Shown here one piece after another: positions 25,325-38,849 of a stretch of DNA of 64,000 nt; position 1 is the stretch's first letter, and the number at the start of each line of letters is the position of its first letter. The notes beneath the pieces are model-generated. The model saw only the letters and a program-made list of their open reading frames with translations, made no database searches and was not told the DNA's origin. The stretch comes from Octopus sinensis. Taxonomy: Eukaryota. The translations under genes and the position numbers were made by a program. The stretch covers positions 172,484,001 to 172,548,000 of the forward strand of contig NC_042999.1 of the NCBI RefSeq assembly GCF_006345805.1, read 5' to 3'.

Positions 25325-25487
25325 GATTACGAAAAAAACAAAAGACGAAGACAGGTGGTGTTCAAAACAAACAGATGTATTAGTATAACGGTCAGGAATA
25401 TGAAAAGCCTTTTATGTTTCGAGCCTACCCTCTTCTACAGAAAGGTACACAGAAAAAAAGGGAGAGAAACAAGGAGAGAAAAAAATA
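25325..25487 (-). mobile_element. Penelope-like terminus fragment with hammerhead-like motif (25408-25445)
   Basis: Minus strand: ccttt-CTGTAGA-a-gagggtaggctc-GAAA-ca-TA-aaagg. Same family as 54510-54660. Flanked by (TA)n. Confidence 0.5.
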
Positions 25488-25509
25488 TATATATACACAT
25501 GTATATATA

Positions 25510-25556
<47 letters not shown>

Positions 25557-28094
25557 GTATGTCATTGCATTTGGAATTATTTTTTATTCTTCGTTCATTT
25601 TGGGGGACAATTTTCGGTGAATGATTTAAACATCGACCATAAAAATCACTAAATTTCGGCTTCCCACCATATCCTTATGCTATTTACTCATACTGCCACT
25701 GTCACCATTGCAACCCCACTGAGCCAGTGATTAACTCGATGACAACCCGCAAATAAATCTTCACATAACGTAAAGTCTAGCAATAGCATCCGTCGCATTC
25801 CATAATACGTATCGTATATTAACATAAGACAAAAAAATTAAATCGTTAGGTCTTTTTAACAACGTTTAATAAAATGTACGCGATGAGAGGAGTAAATCTT
25901 TATTCAAGTAATATAGTGACAAAGACAATAGTATTATATAAATAGTTCATATCAATTCCTGCCAACAATTAAGGTTATAAGATGGAATGTAACTCTAACA
26001 TCAAGTCGAACAACTTATGTTCGCTTCATGTAACAGAACGTTCTCTAAGATATGAAATAATATTTATTCTTGGCTTCTTTCTTACACTGTATTTTGATAC
26101 ACTGATTAATGGAATGTTATGATGACCCTAAAATTTCTAGATCATTCTTCATATTTAATAAATTGCAGTGATGCCAAATTGCTATATTTTAATTGCTGCT
26201 ATTTGAAAATATGAAGGTAACAGTCTTTTACTGGTATTTGCTTGAAACCTTGACTGACACTCTAATAATTTTACGCTCACATGCTTTTAAAATAATTATG
26301 TGTTATATATTTTTATTGTTACTTTTTAAAATTAATTTTGATAACTTCTTGTTTTTGTGTTCAAGAGACCCAGGTCTTCTTTGATCGAGCGCATTTCTTA
26401 CCAAAGATATTGCGACTGCATTCACCCTATACTCTGTCAGTCCAGTTACAGTGTACTCGTTATACAATATGTAATTATTTTGCAGAGTAGAACACGATTT
26501 CAAAGAAATATGGCTGTTGCCTAAAGGAGATCATGGAATCGCATATATGTTCAATGATGCATTACTGCCAGTCGTAAATTTTGTAGTAGTACAGTCATCG
26601 GAATAAGCAATCTGATATTCATTAGACAATAAGTGTTGAAATTTTATCTGCTGAGCAAGTAACTGCTTGAATGGGCATGCATGCATATCTACATACGTTA
26701 GATTGAATAGTCTCCAGAGAGACTGTTGAACGTCTGCACTAGCAAGACTTACTATATAATGTAAAATCGATGATAAGAATGCAATGAACTTGCCGTTGGG
26801 ATTTTAAAATCTAAAATTTTGGGCTGTCCGCCTTCATGGAAGAGTTGAAAAGAGAGAAATCAATGAGAGACAGCACGTACTTACATACTCTATGTTAAGA
26901 AAGATCTGTCTGCAACAGTGAACAAAAAGTGATAGTAGAAAGAGCATGAGAAGTTAAAATGGAAGAGGAATAGTATGAGCATGTGAAACAAACAAATTGG
27001 GAGTGAAGTGAGGAGAGAAAAATGAGGTAAGACGGGAGTTGAAGGAAAAGAAAATATTTAATGAAATAAAAGGAGCTCTAGTAGTAGGAGAAAAAAACGT
27101 TCATTTTAACCTGTCGGTGATATAGTACCACGTTTTTACCTCCGTTTCCAGGAGAATGAGGATCTACGATGTGCGGCAGTGCAGCACATTGGTGACTGAG
27201 TGACGGAATGGCCTGTAGCATTGAAGTGGCTTGTTACAGCTTGGCCTGGCATATACATACACATAGGATTATACGCATACATTGTTGTGTATGTTTGTGT
27301 GTGTGTGTATTTGTGCGTTTATGTGTGGTTAACTCAACGTTTCTTGACATATATGATCCAAAATGGAGCTGCTCGAAACGGGTATTAGAAACATTTTCGA
27401 AACATACCTAAAAGAAAACTGAAGTATGGGATTTTCAAGGTTACATTGACTGGAAGAATGATTAAACAGCAGAGAAAATTCCCTGTGTTATTTCTACCGA
27501 CAATTTACAATTGACTGCAAATAACAATGTGTCGATATTTACTTTTCTTCATTTCACTTTCGATAAAATAACGTATTATTCACTTACTAGAGAGATGTAA
27601 TCGATTAACTAGCTTAACCAAATTCCAGGTCCTTGGCCATTAATTAGAGAAAAATATAGCCTTCCCGGCACAAATATAAATACTCTGAAATAGAGTTATA
27701 CAGAAAGGCATATAAATATCCAGATAATACTATTGGAAAATAAATTCCTCTTTCACCTCATCCTTCTTGTTTTACTTTTCCTCCTCTTCCTTTTTTAAAC
27801 CTTTTTCATCATGTTATTCTACTCTTCTCCAACTACTCATTCTTTTTCTTCCCGCTTGCTTAGTATATATTTTTTGCTAGTGTTATATTTATATTGATAC
27901 TATTGTTGTTTGCTATCACTGATGCTGTCATTATAGCATCATTCTGATATGTGCATATAACATCATAACATTAACTTATACATAATTCAATATGCCCTAC
28001 TATATTAAGTTCATAATAACAGGTAGTTTCACTCATCTTCAAATATATATAAATATGCGCTCAATTATACTAATCTCTTTCTCTCCCTTTCTCT

Positions 28095-28133
<39 letters not shown>

Positions 28134-28289
28134 GTGTTTCCCCTCTTTCTTCTAGCTATCGATATATATAATTTCTAATTCTCTCTAAAGGAGACTACGG
28201 CAACGGTACTAGAGTACTGGATATTAACAGTTATCGCCAAGTTAATATGGCAGTCCATAAATCTAAGACTAAAACTGCCGTTGATTATC

Positions 28290-28350
28290 TCCAAGAGGCC
28301 ATATATAAGGCAGTGCTCCAGCGTGGATGCAGTGAAATGACTGAAACATT
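28290..28350 (+). mobile_element. SINE/LINE-type 3' tail fragment
   Basis: ggcagtgctccagcgtggatgcagtgaaatgactgaaaca matches the family B tail. Confidence 0.55.
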
Positions 28351-30294
28351 TAAAAGATAATATGTCTTTCTTAAGAACATGGAGCTTGAAAGGTATCCAA
28401 ATGGACAGCTGTACGGTATATATTTTACGAGTGTAAGTGAACGGTATTCCAAGGCTGCTATAAATATTTCAGTTTCAGATATAATGGCAACTTCTCAGGA
28501 TGTTGTATCATTCTACTTCTCTAATACGGGTGGCAACACGATATATATATATGTAAACACGTTCGTACGTACTTAAGCATTTACGTATCATTGGGTGTTC
28601 TGAAAAATAGAACTCGATGCTGGTTCGTTAAAGAAAAGCATCAAATATTTCATATCTCGTATATTGTTTTGTAGTTAATTTAATGAGTACAGTAATAATA
28701 CCACAAGATATAATTCAGTCGCTCAAGAGTTTAGCGTCTCCTTGAACTTTTACTTTGACATGTAATAAAACACGATGGCGCATGGCACTTCTCATGTTTG
28801 TGAATTCTAGCTTTAGTTTTCCATTGTATATTGATTTCTCTGCTAGGCACTCGGCTTCAAACTCGTGATATAATTGAATAATTCAGTAACTGGATATTTG
28901 AGCTATCTAATTTATAGTGCCTGAAGAGACCATCTGGGAGTTGATTCTGATGTAGATTCTCATATGAAACCTCTTTGTACTCCTATAATTTTAGTTTAAG
29001 TCTCAGCTGTCCTCTTAATAGTAGCAGGTGAAACGGTTATCTTCACAGCATTTTAGTCGTTCCTATATGTTTAGGAATTTAAATTTAAAAGTGCATAAGT
29101 TGTGCCTCTTGAAATTTTGTATAAAATATTACATTTATAACTTATAATATTGGTATGTTTCCAAGATATAATGATGTAGGTTAAAGTGATCAACGCATTA
29201 CAAATACAGCTTCGAATTTCCTCTATTTTTAAAATACAAAAAAGCAAAATGCCATAAATTTTCGGCATTTTGCATGTTTTAGCACAAAGACATCATGGCA
29301 TTACTGCTTTTAGCTATTACATGCCGTTGATGTGTTACGGAAGGAATATTTACTCCAGTCACACGTATCTTCAAATATTATTCTAACGTCTTAAAAACGA
29401 ACGACGCGTTGGATATTTTAGTCTCAAACACAGGAAGACAAAACATAAATAAAATTATTGATATTGCCACAGCGGGAGCTACTGTCCGTCTTATCCGAGC
29501 TCGTCAACCTAATTATTCGAACACATAGCAACACATAAAAACTTTCAACAAAGGCTTCAATAGTTTTATTAGATACACGGGTGTTGGTTGCTTGTCAATA
29601 ATTTATTTCTTATCAAATATATCGATCTGAGAAACACGTTAGATCGTCGGCCCGTGTTCAAGTGACGAGGAAGTTAAACTTGCCATTCATCAGTTTGCGT
29701 TTAATACCTAAATATCAGGTAGAATTCTGAGGTCGGATGAAATAAAATGAAATAGATTTTGAACAACACATAGTGGACACGTAAGACACTCACATCCACT
29801 CCAACATACAAACACGCATGCACAAACACACGCGCACACAGACACACACACACATACACACATACATATATGCATATAGTCACATGGACGCATTTCTTTT
29901 GTTGTACAGGAGGACGCTACACTCTCGAGTTTCAAGCTGGTCTTACGCTTTCAGACCGCTCACCGTTGAATTGTTCTGCGACAGTTAGATAAATTAGAAT
30001 ATCTAAGGTGAAAGCAGACCTAACTTATTTCTCTTCTCTCCATACTTTTTCAGTTCCTGTTTACCCTTTGTCTTCTCATTCCACATTTTTGCATCAACCT
30101 TCTTCTCGTTTATCTTCGCGATTTCTCACAAACCAGAGGCCTGGTTTTCAAATAGATATAAACATGTGCCTTGATCCGCGAGGATTAGTGGGAAATAGAA
30201 GGTATATTATTTCAGAGTATCTATGACAAGCGACTATTTTTAGGTTTTATTTGAAATACAGTGTACATTAAATGGAATATTGATATATAACTTT

Positions 30295-30727
30295 TATCCT
30301 TTATTTGTTTCAGTCATTAGACTGCTGCTATGCTGGGGCACTGCCTGGAAGAAGTTTTTAGTCGCTTGAATCGACTCCAATATTTTTTTAAATCCTGGTA
30401 CTTATTGTGTCAGTGTCTTTTGCCGAGCTGCTAATTTACGGATACGTAAACACACCAACAAATGTTGTTAAACAGTGGTGGGGGACAAATGCAGAAACAA
30501 AGACACACACACGTGCGCGCACGCACACACACGCGCGCGCGCACGCACACACGCCCCCACCCCCATATATATATACGACAGGCTTCTTTTAGTATCCTTC
30601 AACTAAGTCTACTCACTCGGTCGACCTGAGACCATAGTTGAAAATACATGCTGAAGGTACCACATAGTGGGATTGATCACGGAACCATGTGGTTGGGAAG
30701 CAAGCTTCTTACCACACAGCCCCGCCT
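30295..30727 (-). mobile_element. SINE family B, diverged full-length copy
   Basis: Collinear with 33826-34219 from the 3' tail to the tRNA head (cttaccacacagcc). Confidence 0.8.
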
Positions 30728-30852
30728 ATATGAAATAAGCGATGTATAACGGTCGCATGCAGGACGATCGTGCAATGTTTAGATTACAACAGTCGTGCAC
30801 GCTTTCTCCTGTATCAGAAATCTTTAAACGTTGGACGTTAGTCCTTCGCAGC

Positions 30853-30975
30853 ATCACTCATTTTTGCCAGCTGAGTTAACTGGAGCTACTTAGGTGAAGT
30901 GTTTTGTTGAAGAACACAACGAATTGCCCAGTTGAAAAATCGAAATTACAGTCTTGGTGCCATAATAACTAAGCC
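30853..30975 (-). mobile_element. SINE family E, decayed
   Basis: actcatttttgccagctgag...ctggagc...gaagaacacaac...actaagccatg, related to 55-155. Confidence 0.55.
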
Positions 30976-33015
30976 ATGAGCCACCATTAAGTTTAAGAAT
31001 AGAACCTATTATTTTCTGGTAGTAAAATTAAGCCATCAGGTGAACAACACTCTGGCTTAGAACGGATAGCTTTATGATATATTTATGTATCTATTCATTT
31101 GTCTGTCTATCAATTTCTCTTCCGCTTTCCCTCTTTGCTCTTTCTCTCATTGTCTTTCTCTGTACACCTCACTCCACATACGTATTATGATTGTATTTGC
31201 GTATGCGTGCTTGCATGTGTTTTCGTGTGTATATGTAATTGATTGTATGTGTATGTTTGCATGTCTGTGGCGTGTTAAACTCTTATGCATGTGTGCATAT
31301 GTGTGTATGTTTGTCTTCATGTATGTAGATATCTTTGTTTATATAATCTATATGAAATAGAAAAATGTCTGGGAAAACATCTCAACAAGTAATATTTCGA
31401 TTAGCCACAGGCATTTTGGGACATATAAAAGAAAAGAATATTGGTAAAAGAAATTTGTATTGTAGATAGAATATTCAAATCCATTTAGATGATTTCTAAG
31501 TAGATCTCCATTATTCCGATCCATTTAGCAAATATTTCTCTTAATTTCATTTTCGTTACATTTATTCTCAAGACATTTTTCATTGTTTCCTGTAATTGCG
31601 AAAGTGGACTTTTCACAAAGAAAGCATTCGTTACTAGAAAAATATAAGGTAGGCTAAAGAGTACAGCTTAATGTACGTTATAAAATGGTGAAAACGGGCT
31701 TCTTACCATTTTCTCTAGTGAACATAGCTATTATTGCATATTTAAATGGCAAAATTATTTGACTATTAGTAACGTTCAGGATTGTTAATGCGAAAATGCA
31801 CGATTTTCGTTCAGAGAGGATTCTGCATTTTTCATCCACCACTCAAATATATATTAAAAAGTAAAAAAGTTCTCTCTTTAAACTCCCCGCTTAACAGCAC
31901 ATTGATTTAAGGAGAATCTTCTGCAGGCAATTAGTGCCACTGTATAGGATAACGATCTGGCCTCCTGCCATACACAAGGTTTCTCCCAAACAACCATTCT
32001 GGAATGCAATAACTATAATCCTTGTAGAGATAACTTCTAAATGTGGTGAACACTTGTCGAGACAATAAAGCTTATTACTGTCACATTGTACAATGGTTTC
32101 TAGCTCTCACAACATTCTCTCAAAATACATCTGCGAATGGATTGCTCTGGCTATCCTGGCAATGGCCAACTTATCATTCGGACTTCTGATATCGATGGTG
32201 AATAATATCATTAGATATTAATATAAAAGTCTCTTCAAACAGATATCAGTTAATTTCCTACTCAATTACCACAACCATGGGTTTTTTAACACGTTAACTA
32301 TATGACGGATTGTTCTAACATATATGAATAATTTTTCTACATGACATAAGCCAATAATTTCAACGCAGTACTTACCATTACAAGGTATACGTACCTGACT
32401 ACATTCAATGACTACATTCAATAAAAGCACATGATTTACATATCTACATTAATAATTCTCCACTGCATTAAGAGCCAGTTCACTAATGTATAAATACAGA
32501 AAAATAAACTCTACGTTGACGGTGTTAATCTTTCCTTCCCACATACTTTGTTATTCACATGCAGTGCATATCTTGGTATAAGTAATATATTATGTCTCAA
32601 CAACTTTATGGAAGATGCTTGGCAGTCGGAACATATTAAACTACTTTAGTTCAAAAATTGCAAACTTCATGCATCAAGAATGTGCGTGTGTGTATACGTG
32701 TGTGTGTGTGTGTGTGTGTGTGTGTACCCGTGTGTGATTTGCGAGTATGCGTGTTAGCAGACAGTCCATTCCCATAAAAAGCCATAATTGATACTTAGTT
32801 TAAAATTTCAAACATGCCATTCATGCATAACTTCCAAAGTCTTATAATATTTGATGGATGTCCAATATAACTGAAAAAGTGACTAAAACTGCTGCACAAA
32901 AGTTGGTATCCATCATGGAAGTACAGAGCATATGTTTGTTTCAAAGCTCGCTTCCCCTCATACCTATATTCATGTATGTGAACAAATGTATGCACGCACA
33001 TACACATCCATGATC

Positions 33016-33212
33016 ACATACATACATACATACATACATACATACATACATACATACATACATACATAAATACATACATACATACGTACGTACGTACATA
33101 CATACATACATACGTACGTACATACATACATACATACATACATACATACATACATACATACATACATACATACATACATACGTAGATACACACACACACA
33201 CACACACACACA
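33016..33212. repeat. (TACA)n with TACG variants, then (CA)n
   Basis: Direct reading. Confidence 0.95.
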
Positions 33213-33535
33213 CACTACACGATGGTATGTTTATTTTACCTTATCGTTCGGAGCAGAGCACTGAGCCGATATTTGGTACTGGCGCACTTCTTTTCAAGGA
33301 GAATTTCGACTTCTAAAGCTTCGTGTGATTTCTAAAGCGTGTTAATAAAGCAAAAAAAACCCAAAAAAAACAGGAAGCGAAAAATAGTATTGTATACAGC
33401 ACAGTACTTCAAAAGACAGTGGAAACATTTATAGTTTTGGAGAATATTCGTTAAAGTGTAATTATATAAATTCGTGAAGTATGATGAGAAAATCATAGTT
33501 TCTGAGAAAATAAAGGAAAAATGTTATTTTCTGTA

Positions 33536-33823
33536 GCGGCGAGCTGGCAAAAACGTTAGCACGCCGAGCGAAATGCTTAGCGGTATTTCGTCTGCCGTTA
33601 CGTTCTGAGTTCAAATTTCGCCGAGGTCGACTTTGTCTTTCATCCTTTCGGAGTCGATTAAATAAGTACCAGTTACGCACTGGAGTCGATATAATCGACT
33701 TAATCCGTTTTTATGTCCTTGTTTTTTCTCTGTGTTTAGCCCCTTGAGGGTAGTAAAGAAATAGGTATTTCGTCTGTCCTTACGTCCTGATTTCAATTTC
33801 CGCCGAGGTCGACTTTGCCTTTA
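33536..33823 (+). mobile_element. SINE family A plus start of a tandem second unit
   Basis: gcggcgagctggc (A box)...gagttcaaattt (B box)...agtaaagaaatag, then a repeat of ggtatttcgtctg...gactttgccttt from 33764. Confidence 0.9.
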
Positions 33824-33825
33824 TA

Positions 33826-34219
33826 GGCGCAGGAGTGGCTGTGTTGTAAATAGCTTGCTTATCAACCACATGGTTCAGGGTTCATTCCCACTGCGTTGCA
33901 TCTTGGGCAAGTATCTTCTACTATAGCTTCGGGCCAACCAAAGCCTTGTGAGTAGATTTGGTAAAAAGAAACTAAAAGAAGCCCGTCGTATATATGCATA
34001 TATATGAGTGTATGTTTGTGTGTCTGTGTTTGTCCCCTCAGCATCGCTTGACAACCGATGCTGGTGTTTTTACGTTCCCGTAACCTAGTAGTTCGGCAAA
34101 AAAGAGGCCGATAGAATAAGTATTAGGCTTCCAAAGAATAAGTCCTGGTGTCGATTTGCTCGACTAAAGGCGGTGCTCCAGCACGGCCGCAGTCAAATGA
34201 CTGAAACAAATAATAGAGT
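33826..34219 (+). mobile_element. SINE family B (tRNA head, CORE-like segment, LINE-like tail), full length
   Basis: tggctgtgttgtaa A box, gggttcattccc B box, cttgggcaagtatcttc CORE-like, tail ggcggtgctccagcacggccgcagtcaaatgactgaaac. CORE-SINEs are known from octopus (OR1/OR2); exact family not assigned. Confidence 0.9.
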
Positions 34220-34420
34220 ATGTTATTTTATGTAGATCTTAATGAAGTTTGACTTATCTCATCTTCTCGATAATTTCCATGAAACCTTTTGTGAGTGAAA
34301 ACATATTGCCAAAACATTTTTAAAGGAAGTTATCCAAAATTTATTCACTGCATTCGGTTGCATTGATATTTACTATTATCAAATATAGGCAACATTCTGC
34401 GCGGTTATTAATATATATGT

Positions 34421-34920
34421 TATTTTTTATTTTATTTTATCTAGTTTCAGCTCACGAGCTGTGGCCATGCTGGGGCACCGCCATTTGGTGTTGCTACATG
34501 ATTTTACTTCACGAATGCTTTTTATCAACTGTCATTTGGTGCATGAGAGAGTTCGATGCAGCTGCCCTCATCTGCACCTCCTGCCGTGAAGTTGATTCAT
34601 CCGGGACACCTGACAGGAAGAAATCCAGTCCTACTTTATAGACATCCGCATCCACCCCATGCAGGTCCCTCAGGTTCTTCGGGAGGATATTGAAGAGCTG
34701 TGGGCCTCTGAACTTCAGGCTATCACAGTATCTTGTCCTACATCTTGAGAGCAAATTTGGAGTCCTTGGCACCATGCAGTGGCACCCAGTTCTGGCATTT
34801 GTGTAACTCTCGATGCCAAAGTTTGGGACAAGTCCTTCTAGGATCTTCCAGATGTATATTATGGCATATCTTTCTCGCCTACGCTCCAAGGAATAGAGTT
34901 TTAATCCCTTGAGTCTTTCC
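34421..34920 (-). mobile_element. CR1/L2-like LINE 3' end with (AAAAT)n tail
   Basis: LERRRERYAIIYIWKILEGLVPN...GPQLFNILPKNLRDL...YKVGLDFFLSGVPDE is a post-RT C-terminal domain of CR1/L2-group ORF2. Confidence 0.85.
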
Positions 34921-35022
34921 CATATATATATATATATTGGCCCACTGCCTCAAAGAAAGATTAGTGGAATGTATTGATCCCAGTATAATTTTTTTTATTG
35001 AAAGCTGTCAATTATTCTAATA

Positions 35023-35168
35023 CCGTGTTTTGCTGAATTGCTACCCTACTGGGACGTAAATACACCAACATCGGTTGTCAAGCGCTGGCAGGAGGCGAGG
35101 CAAATACAGACAAAATGACGCACACAGACATATAAATGTATATACATATACGAGTGGCTTCATTCAGT
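35023..35168 (-). mobile_element. SINE family B, middle fragment
   Basis: gggacgtaaatacaccaacatcggttgtcaagcg...atatacgagtggcttc. Confidence 0.65.
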
Positions 35169-35172
35169 TATA

Positions 35173-35231
<59 letters not shown>

Positions 35232-35265
35232 CATATATGTTTGCAATTCTTTATCTCTTTGCACA

Positions 35266-35311
<46 letters not shown>

Positions 35312-35739
35312 ATATATATATATATATAATATACCATTATATAATATATAATACACGTTATTCTTTTTTTTAGACTTAAGTATGAGGAACTCAAGTGCTT
35401 ATATTTTATTGACCAAGCACTTATCACTTACATTTATTAAATATTGTTGATTAGATTAAATTTAACGAACATTTTGATAATTACGTAAATATTCTAGATT
35501 ATGTCGACTGCTATGTATGTTTATTAATTTAATGCAATCAAATATAATCCAGATGAAATACGTTTACCATATGGAAACGGAGAGATAACTAATATCTATA
35601 AACGTTACGTGAAATATCTAGAGAATTCTAGATAATTTCATTAGAAATTAATATTATATTTTATTAAAGAATTAAGTAATATCTTAGTTAATACACTTTT
35701 AGGTAAATTAAGCACGTTTGACGTTCTCTTAACTTCACG

Positions 35740-35816
<77 letters not shown>

Positions 35817-35879
35817 ATATATAGAAAGATAGATAGATAGATAGATAGATATGTATATATGCATGCATAAGTACATATT

Positions 35880-35925
<46 letters not shown>

Positions 35926-36304
35926 ATATATCTTGTACAGATGGCTTCATCAGAAGTGTTCAATGTGTAAACGACAAAAAGAGTAATATTAATTCCAGTT
36001 TAGATGAAATTTTGTGAAACATTCTATTTTCTAACTGAAAAGGAGAGACAGAATATTGGAATAATTTAGTGCATTACCTCGTGTGGGGGAAAAGGATGAA
36101 GATGCCCTGTGTGTTTGTGCGAGTATTTTCATGTGTACACATCGATACATAAAGCTGGAAGTTAACCTAAACCAGCCCAATGGTACATGATGCCCTCGTT
36201 CTGTTGTAAAGGAAATACTAGGTCTTGTATTTCTCCATACTATGTATAATCTATGTTTATTAATAAAGATTCATTGTGTATATGCATGTATGCATATATG
36301 CATG

Positions 36305-36380
<76 letters not shown>

Positions 36381-36624
36381 CTGTTTATTGTGGTCCCAAA
36401 TTAATTTACTAAGAACTGTATTGTTACATTTATTCCTATCCTTAATGTCGAGTAATGATTAGAAATTCTTATAGATAACTGTGAAGAAGTGCCTGCAATA
36501 TAAAAATATACATGATTATGAGTAGTAATTTTACACTAGTATATAGAATCTTTAATTTTAGAGTTACTTGACATAAACTTGAGTCTGTTAGAATTGACTT
36601 CAGGGGAAATACACACATTTATAT

Positions 36625-36707
<83 letters not shown>

Positions 36708-36765
36708 TGATAGATAGATAAATAGTAGACAGATAGATAGATAGATAGATGATAGATAGATAGAT

Positions 36766-36868
<103 letters not shown>

Positions 36869-37342
36869 CCTTTGAATGATTGAAAGATTGACTGACGGAT
36901 ATAGACAGGTATATGGATTCAAAACTTTGGTAAACTATGTATTCGTGACTCAATGTAGCGATATGGGATAAACTGAATCGAAATATCAATATATTTGACA
37001 TGAATTCCATTGATCGCAAGACTGCATTGGAGCACGTAATTTCTTGAATCCTGCTTTCAGAAGAAATGTAATGTCGAATTTAAAATTTTGACAAATGTAT
37101 GAATAAAAACGTTTAGTTTTGCGAAAATTTAGATTTGATAGGGATATATATGCGTATCTGCTCTGTTAAAAACATATTACTGAAATAATAAACTTACTCG
37201 CTGATCTTTCTATGCATAATATGTTCGTACACATTTAAAACTAAGCACATATAAATGTATGTATATGTTATGTTTCTTTATGTACTTTATGTTCTATGAT
37301 TCTAAAGCAGCCCTAATTGCTTTAACTACATTATATGGAAGC

Positions 37343-37587
37343 GGAGGCACATGGCCTAGTGGTTAGAGCAGCGGACTCGCGGTCGAGAGATCGCGGGTTT
37401 GAACCTCAGAACGGGCGATGTGTGTGTTTATGAGCGAAGCACTTAAGCTCCACGCGGCTCCGGCATAAGGTAGTGGCGAACTTCTGCTGACTCTTTCGCC
37501 GCAACTTTCTCTTACTCTTTCCTCCTGCATCTTGCAGCTCACCTGCGACGGAACGGTGTCCCGGTCCTTATGAGCCAGGCATGCTCG
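37343..37587 (+). mobile_element. tRNA-derived SINE (family D)
   Basis: A box tggcctagtggtt and B box gggtttgaacc, followed by a non-tRNA body (tttatgagcgaagcactt...). Confidence 0.75.
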
Positions 37588-37914
37588 AGTACGAACAAAC
37601 ATTGTATGGAAATGTTTCTATATATTCCTCACAAAAGGGAAACGGGAAAAAATCATAGAGTGGGAATCTCCTCAACTTGGTACAAGTCCTATACTACATG
37701 AAATCATGATAAAACCAATGTTTGAATTGACGAACCGATAATATTCCGGAACGTAAACACACCAACACTTGTTGTGAAACGGCGATGGGGAACAAACACA
37801 AACACAAATATACGCACGCATATACGCGCGCGCACACACAAATATATGTGTATATATATATATGTATGTATGTATGTATATGTACATATATATATGTATA
37901 TGTACATATAGATT

Positions 37915-38061
37915 AAAACAGTTTGATTAAAATTCGTTGGTACTCTTGAGTTTCGAGCGTAATGCTAGTCGTCGGCCAATTGAATTCAAATTCAAAATGC
38001 CTGACGGCTAGCATCACGCTTGAAATTCAAGAGCGCCAACGAATTTGAATCAAAGTGTTTT
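37915..38061. repeat. Imperfect fold-back (about 62-bp arms) carrying hammerhead-like motifs
   Basis: Arms align with about 9 differences. Minus strand 37937-37979 reads ttgg-CCGACGA-ctagcattacgctc-GAAA-ctcaagag-TA-ccaa. Confidence 0.75.
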
Positions 38062-38818
38062 GACCCATACATGTAGCTCCCAATAAATTTGTTGAGTGTT
38101 CTTCTTTCAAAATAACGGTGAATCTAGACAGTTTCACTTTCTTCGTATTTATTTTATTATTTTATTACGAAGATTAATAAGCTTTCAATACATAAATATA
38201 TATAATCATTATCGTAAGTAGTAGTTCTGATGTAAGTTTAAGCATTTTAAGATTCACTTGGAATTTACGAACACAACATGGCATGCTGTCCATCAGGTTG
38301 ATAAATATCGTAACTGAAAGATTATGGACTTCTTACCTAAGTTACATTCATCTCTGTTTTTATAATAATTTCATTATTTTTTTTAGATTACAATGAAACT
38401 GTTTTGTTTCCTCTACTTTTATTTCTGATACTACTTGACTTTGGCGATCGTAGATGTTTATATTTATGAGATATTATTTTTAACTTATATAAACATGTAT
38501 TTAGTATTTAGCTTAGGTATAGCGACACTAACAACTTGGTGTAGAACTCAATAAACGTACGCTTCAGAACACAGTATTAGATGAGAACAGAGTGGAAATA
38601 AGAACAAAGAGATGACACCGGAAAAAAACAAAGGTTATGTAATGAAATACACACATAACCTTTGGGTTTTTTTTTCGATGCTGTCTCTTTTTCTTATATA
38701 CATATTCTTTATATACAAAGAGTAAGACACTGGGATAGCAACAGTGTCGGAAACATTAGAAATGAAAAGAAATATACATGTGTGTATCCGCGTGTGTGTC
38801 TGTGTGTATTCCCCTCTT

Positions 38819-38849
<31 letters not shown>

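Noticed and set aside
29900-29990. Possible small exons on either strand
   Set aside because: Splice signals present but phases do not link with other candidates, and peptides are unrecognised.
37343-37415. Possible tRNA gene
   Set aside because: No proper acceptor stem; continues into a SINE body.
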